A stretch of DNA of 64,000 nt from Candidatus Latescibacterota bacterium (GTDB lineage: Bacteria; Latescibacterota; UBA2968; GCA-2709665), in NCBI GenBank assembly GCA_965203805.1, contig OZ241917.1, positions 96,001-160,000 of the forward strand, written 5' to 3'. A model generated the notes under the pieces. It worked only from the letters and a program-made list of their open reading frames with translations, was not told where the DNA came from and searched no databases. Within the stretch, counting starts at the first letter, position 1. Each line of letters starts with the position of its first letter. The translations under genes were made by a program, and so were the position numbers. This document shows positions 62,798 to 64,000 of the stretch, one piece after another.

Positions 62798-63364
62798 GTG
62801 TCACGCGTTGGAAAACAACCGATTCCCGTTCCGGATGGGGTTCAGGTACGGATTGGACCGGACGGCGTGCAGGTGAAGGGGAGCAGGGGAGAGTTGACGG
62901 TACGGATTCATCCGTTAACGCAGCTGTGCCAGGAAGACGGATCGCTGCGTGTCACCGTTGAGGATGTTCACGACAGGGAGTCGAAGGCGGTATGGGGTCT
63001 GACCCGGGCATTGCTCGCCAACGCGGTCGAAGGCGTGCGCAATGGATTTGAAAAACGGCTGGTTGTCGTGGGAGTGGGGTATCGCGCGGAAATGAAGGGC
63101 AGGAATCTGGATTTGCAGGTCGGATTCAGCCATCCCGTGATAATAGAGCCCCTTGACGGCGTGGAGATGAGCATTGAGGCGGCCCCCGCCGAAATTGAAA
63201 CGGCTCAGGCGTCGATTGTCGTCCGGGGAGCAGATAAGGAACGGGTGGGACAGTTGGCCGCCGATATTCGAAAAGTCCGTCCCCCGGAGCCATACAAGGG
63301 TAAAGGGATCAGATACTTTAACGAGTACGTACGTCGCAAGGCCGGCAAGGCCGCTGTAACGTAA
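62798..63364 (+). CDS. rplF: 50S ribosomal protein L6
   Basis: SRVGKQP, GVGYRA, PEPYKGKGIRY. Confidence 0.97.
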   Translation: MSRVGKQPIPVPDGVQVRIGPDGVQVKGSRGELTVRIHPLTQLCQEDGSLRVTVEDVHDRESKAVWGLTRALLANAVEGVRNGFEKRLVVVGVGYRAEMKGRNLDLQVGFSHPVIIEPLDGVEMSIEAAPAEIETAQASIVVRGADKERVGQLAADIRKVRPPEPYKGKGIRYFNEYVRRKAGKAAVT

Positions 63365-63391
63365 CCTTAAGGACCCACGGAGCGGATTTTC

Positions 63392-63760
63392 ATGGCAAAC
63401 CCACAGATTCAGAAGGCCAACCTTCGACGTCGGCGCCGATTGCGAATCCGGAAGAAGATTCGCGGTACTCCCGGAAGGCCCCGGTTGGCGGTGAGCAGGA
63501 GCCTGAACCACATTGAGGCGCAGCTGATCGACGACACGACGGGTCGATCCCTTCTCGGGCTCTCAAGCAATTCCCGTGAAATCCGCGATACGCTCTCGGG
63601 CAACAAGAGCGAGAAGGGGCGTGCGGTGGGGCGTGCGGTGGCACTGAAAGCGCTCGAGGCCGGCATCAAAACCGTTGTATTCGATCGGGGCGGCCGCCTG
63701 TACCACGGCCGGATCAAGGCGTTGGCCGACGGCGCCCGCGAAGGCGGATTGTTGTTTTAG
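63392..63760 (+). CDS. rplR: 50S ribosomal protein L18
   Basis: RPRLAV, VFDRGG, YHGRIKA. Confidence 0.97.
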   Translation: MANPQIQKANLRRRRRLRIRKKIRGTPGRPRLAVSRSLNHIEAQLIDDTTGRSLLGLSSNSREIRDTLSGNKSEKGRAVGRAVALKALEAGIKTVVFDRGGRLYHGRIKALADGAREGGLLF

Positions 63761-63792
63761 GCTGGTTGCAGGAATCATTAAGGAGTATGCAT

Positions 63793-64000
63793 TTGAGACG
63801 TATAGACCCTTCGGGATTGGACCTGACTGAAATCGTCATCAACAACAGCCTCAAGCGGGTTTCCCACGTGCGCAAGGGAGGACGTCGCTTTGCCTTCAAC
63901 GTGATGGTGGTCGTCGGCGACCGGCAGGGACACGTTGGCGCCGGAATGGGCAAGGCGGGAGAGGTGGCCGAAGCCATCCGCAAAGCCACCGAAAACGCAA
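63793..64000 (+). CDS. rpsE: 30S ribosomal protein S5 (partial, runs off right edge)
   Basis: Manual translation ...[44 protein letters not shown]; start 63787 or 63793. Confidence 0.93.
   Translation, partial: MRRIDPSGLDLTEIVINNSLKRVSHVRKGGRRFAFNVMVVVGDRQGHVGAGMGKAGEVAEAIRKATENA

Overview
GC-rich bacterial genomic DNA; the core proteins look non-proteobacterial, plausibly an FCB-group/Latescibacterota-like lineage (taxonomy is inference). 1-19 kb is accessory: a partial NhaC-type antiporter, K+ channel, catabolic enzymes, a cluster of mostly orphan toxin-antitoxin genes, a polyamine-type ABC transporter, a Gp49/XRE TA pair and an AAA-ATPase/PD-(D/E)XK protein. 19-33 kb is a MoxR/DUF58/VWA Bat-type operon with a GldA/F/G-like ABC module inserted in it. 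33-36 kb holds a plant-type threonine synthase and a plant-type cystathionine gamma-synthase, the latter behind a SAM-II riboswitch. 38-64 kb is the tRNA-rpmG-secE-nusG-rplKAJL-rpoBC-str-S10-spc supercluster. Non-coding highlights: (i) an ORF-less group II intron between tRNA-Tyr and tRNA-Gly whose EBS1 matches a dispersed short-repeat motif, with unoccupied target-like copies elsewhere in the window; (ii) two TA-flanked MITE-like families, several copies overlapping gene stop codons (one between tuf and rpsJ); (iii) a ~30-bp palindromic micro-element nested in both a MITE and the intron. Several antibiotic-target residues (RpoB rifamycin pocket, S12, S10, S5, L22) are non-canonical.
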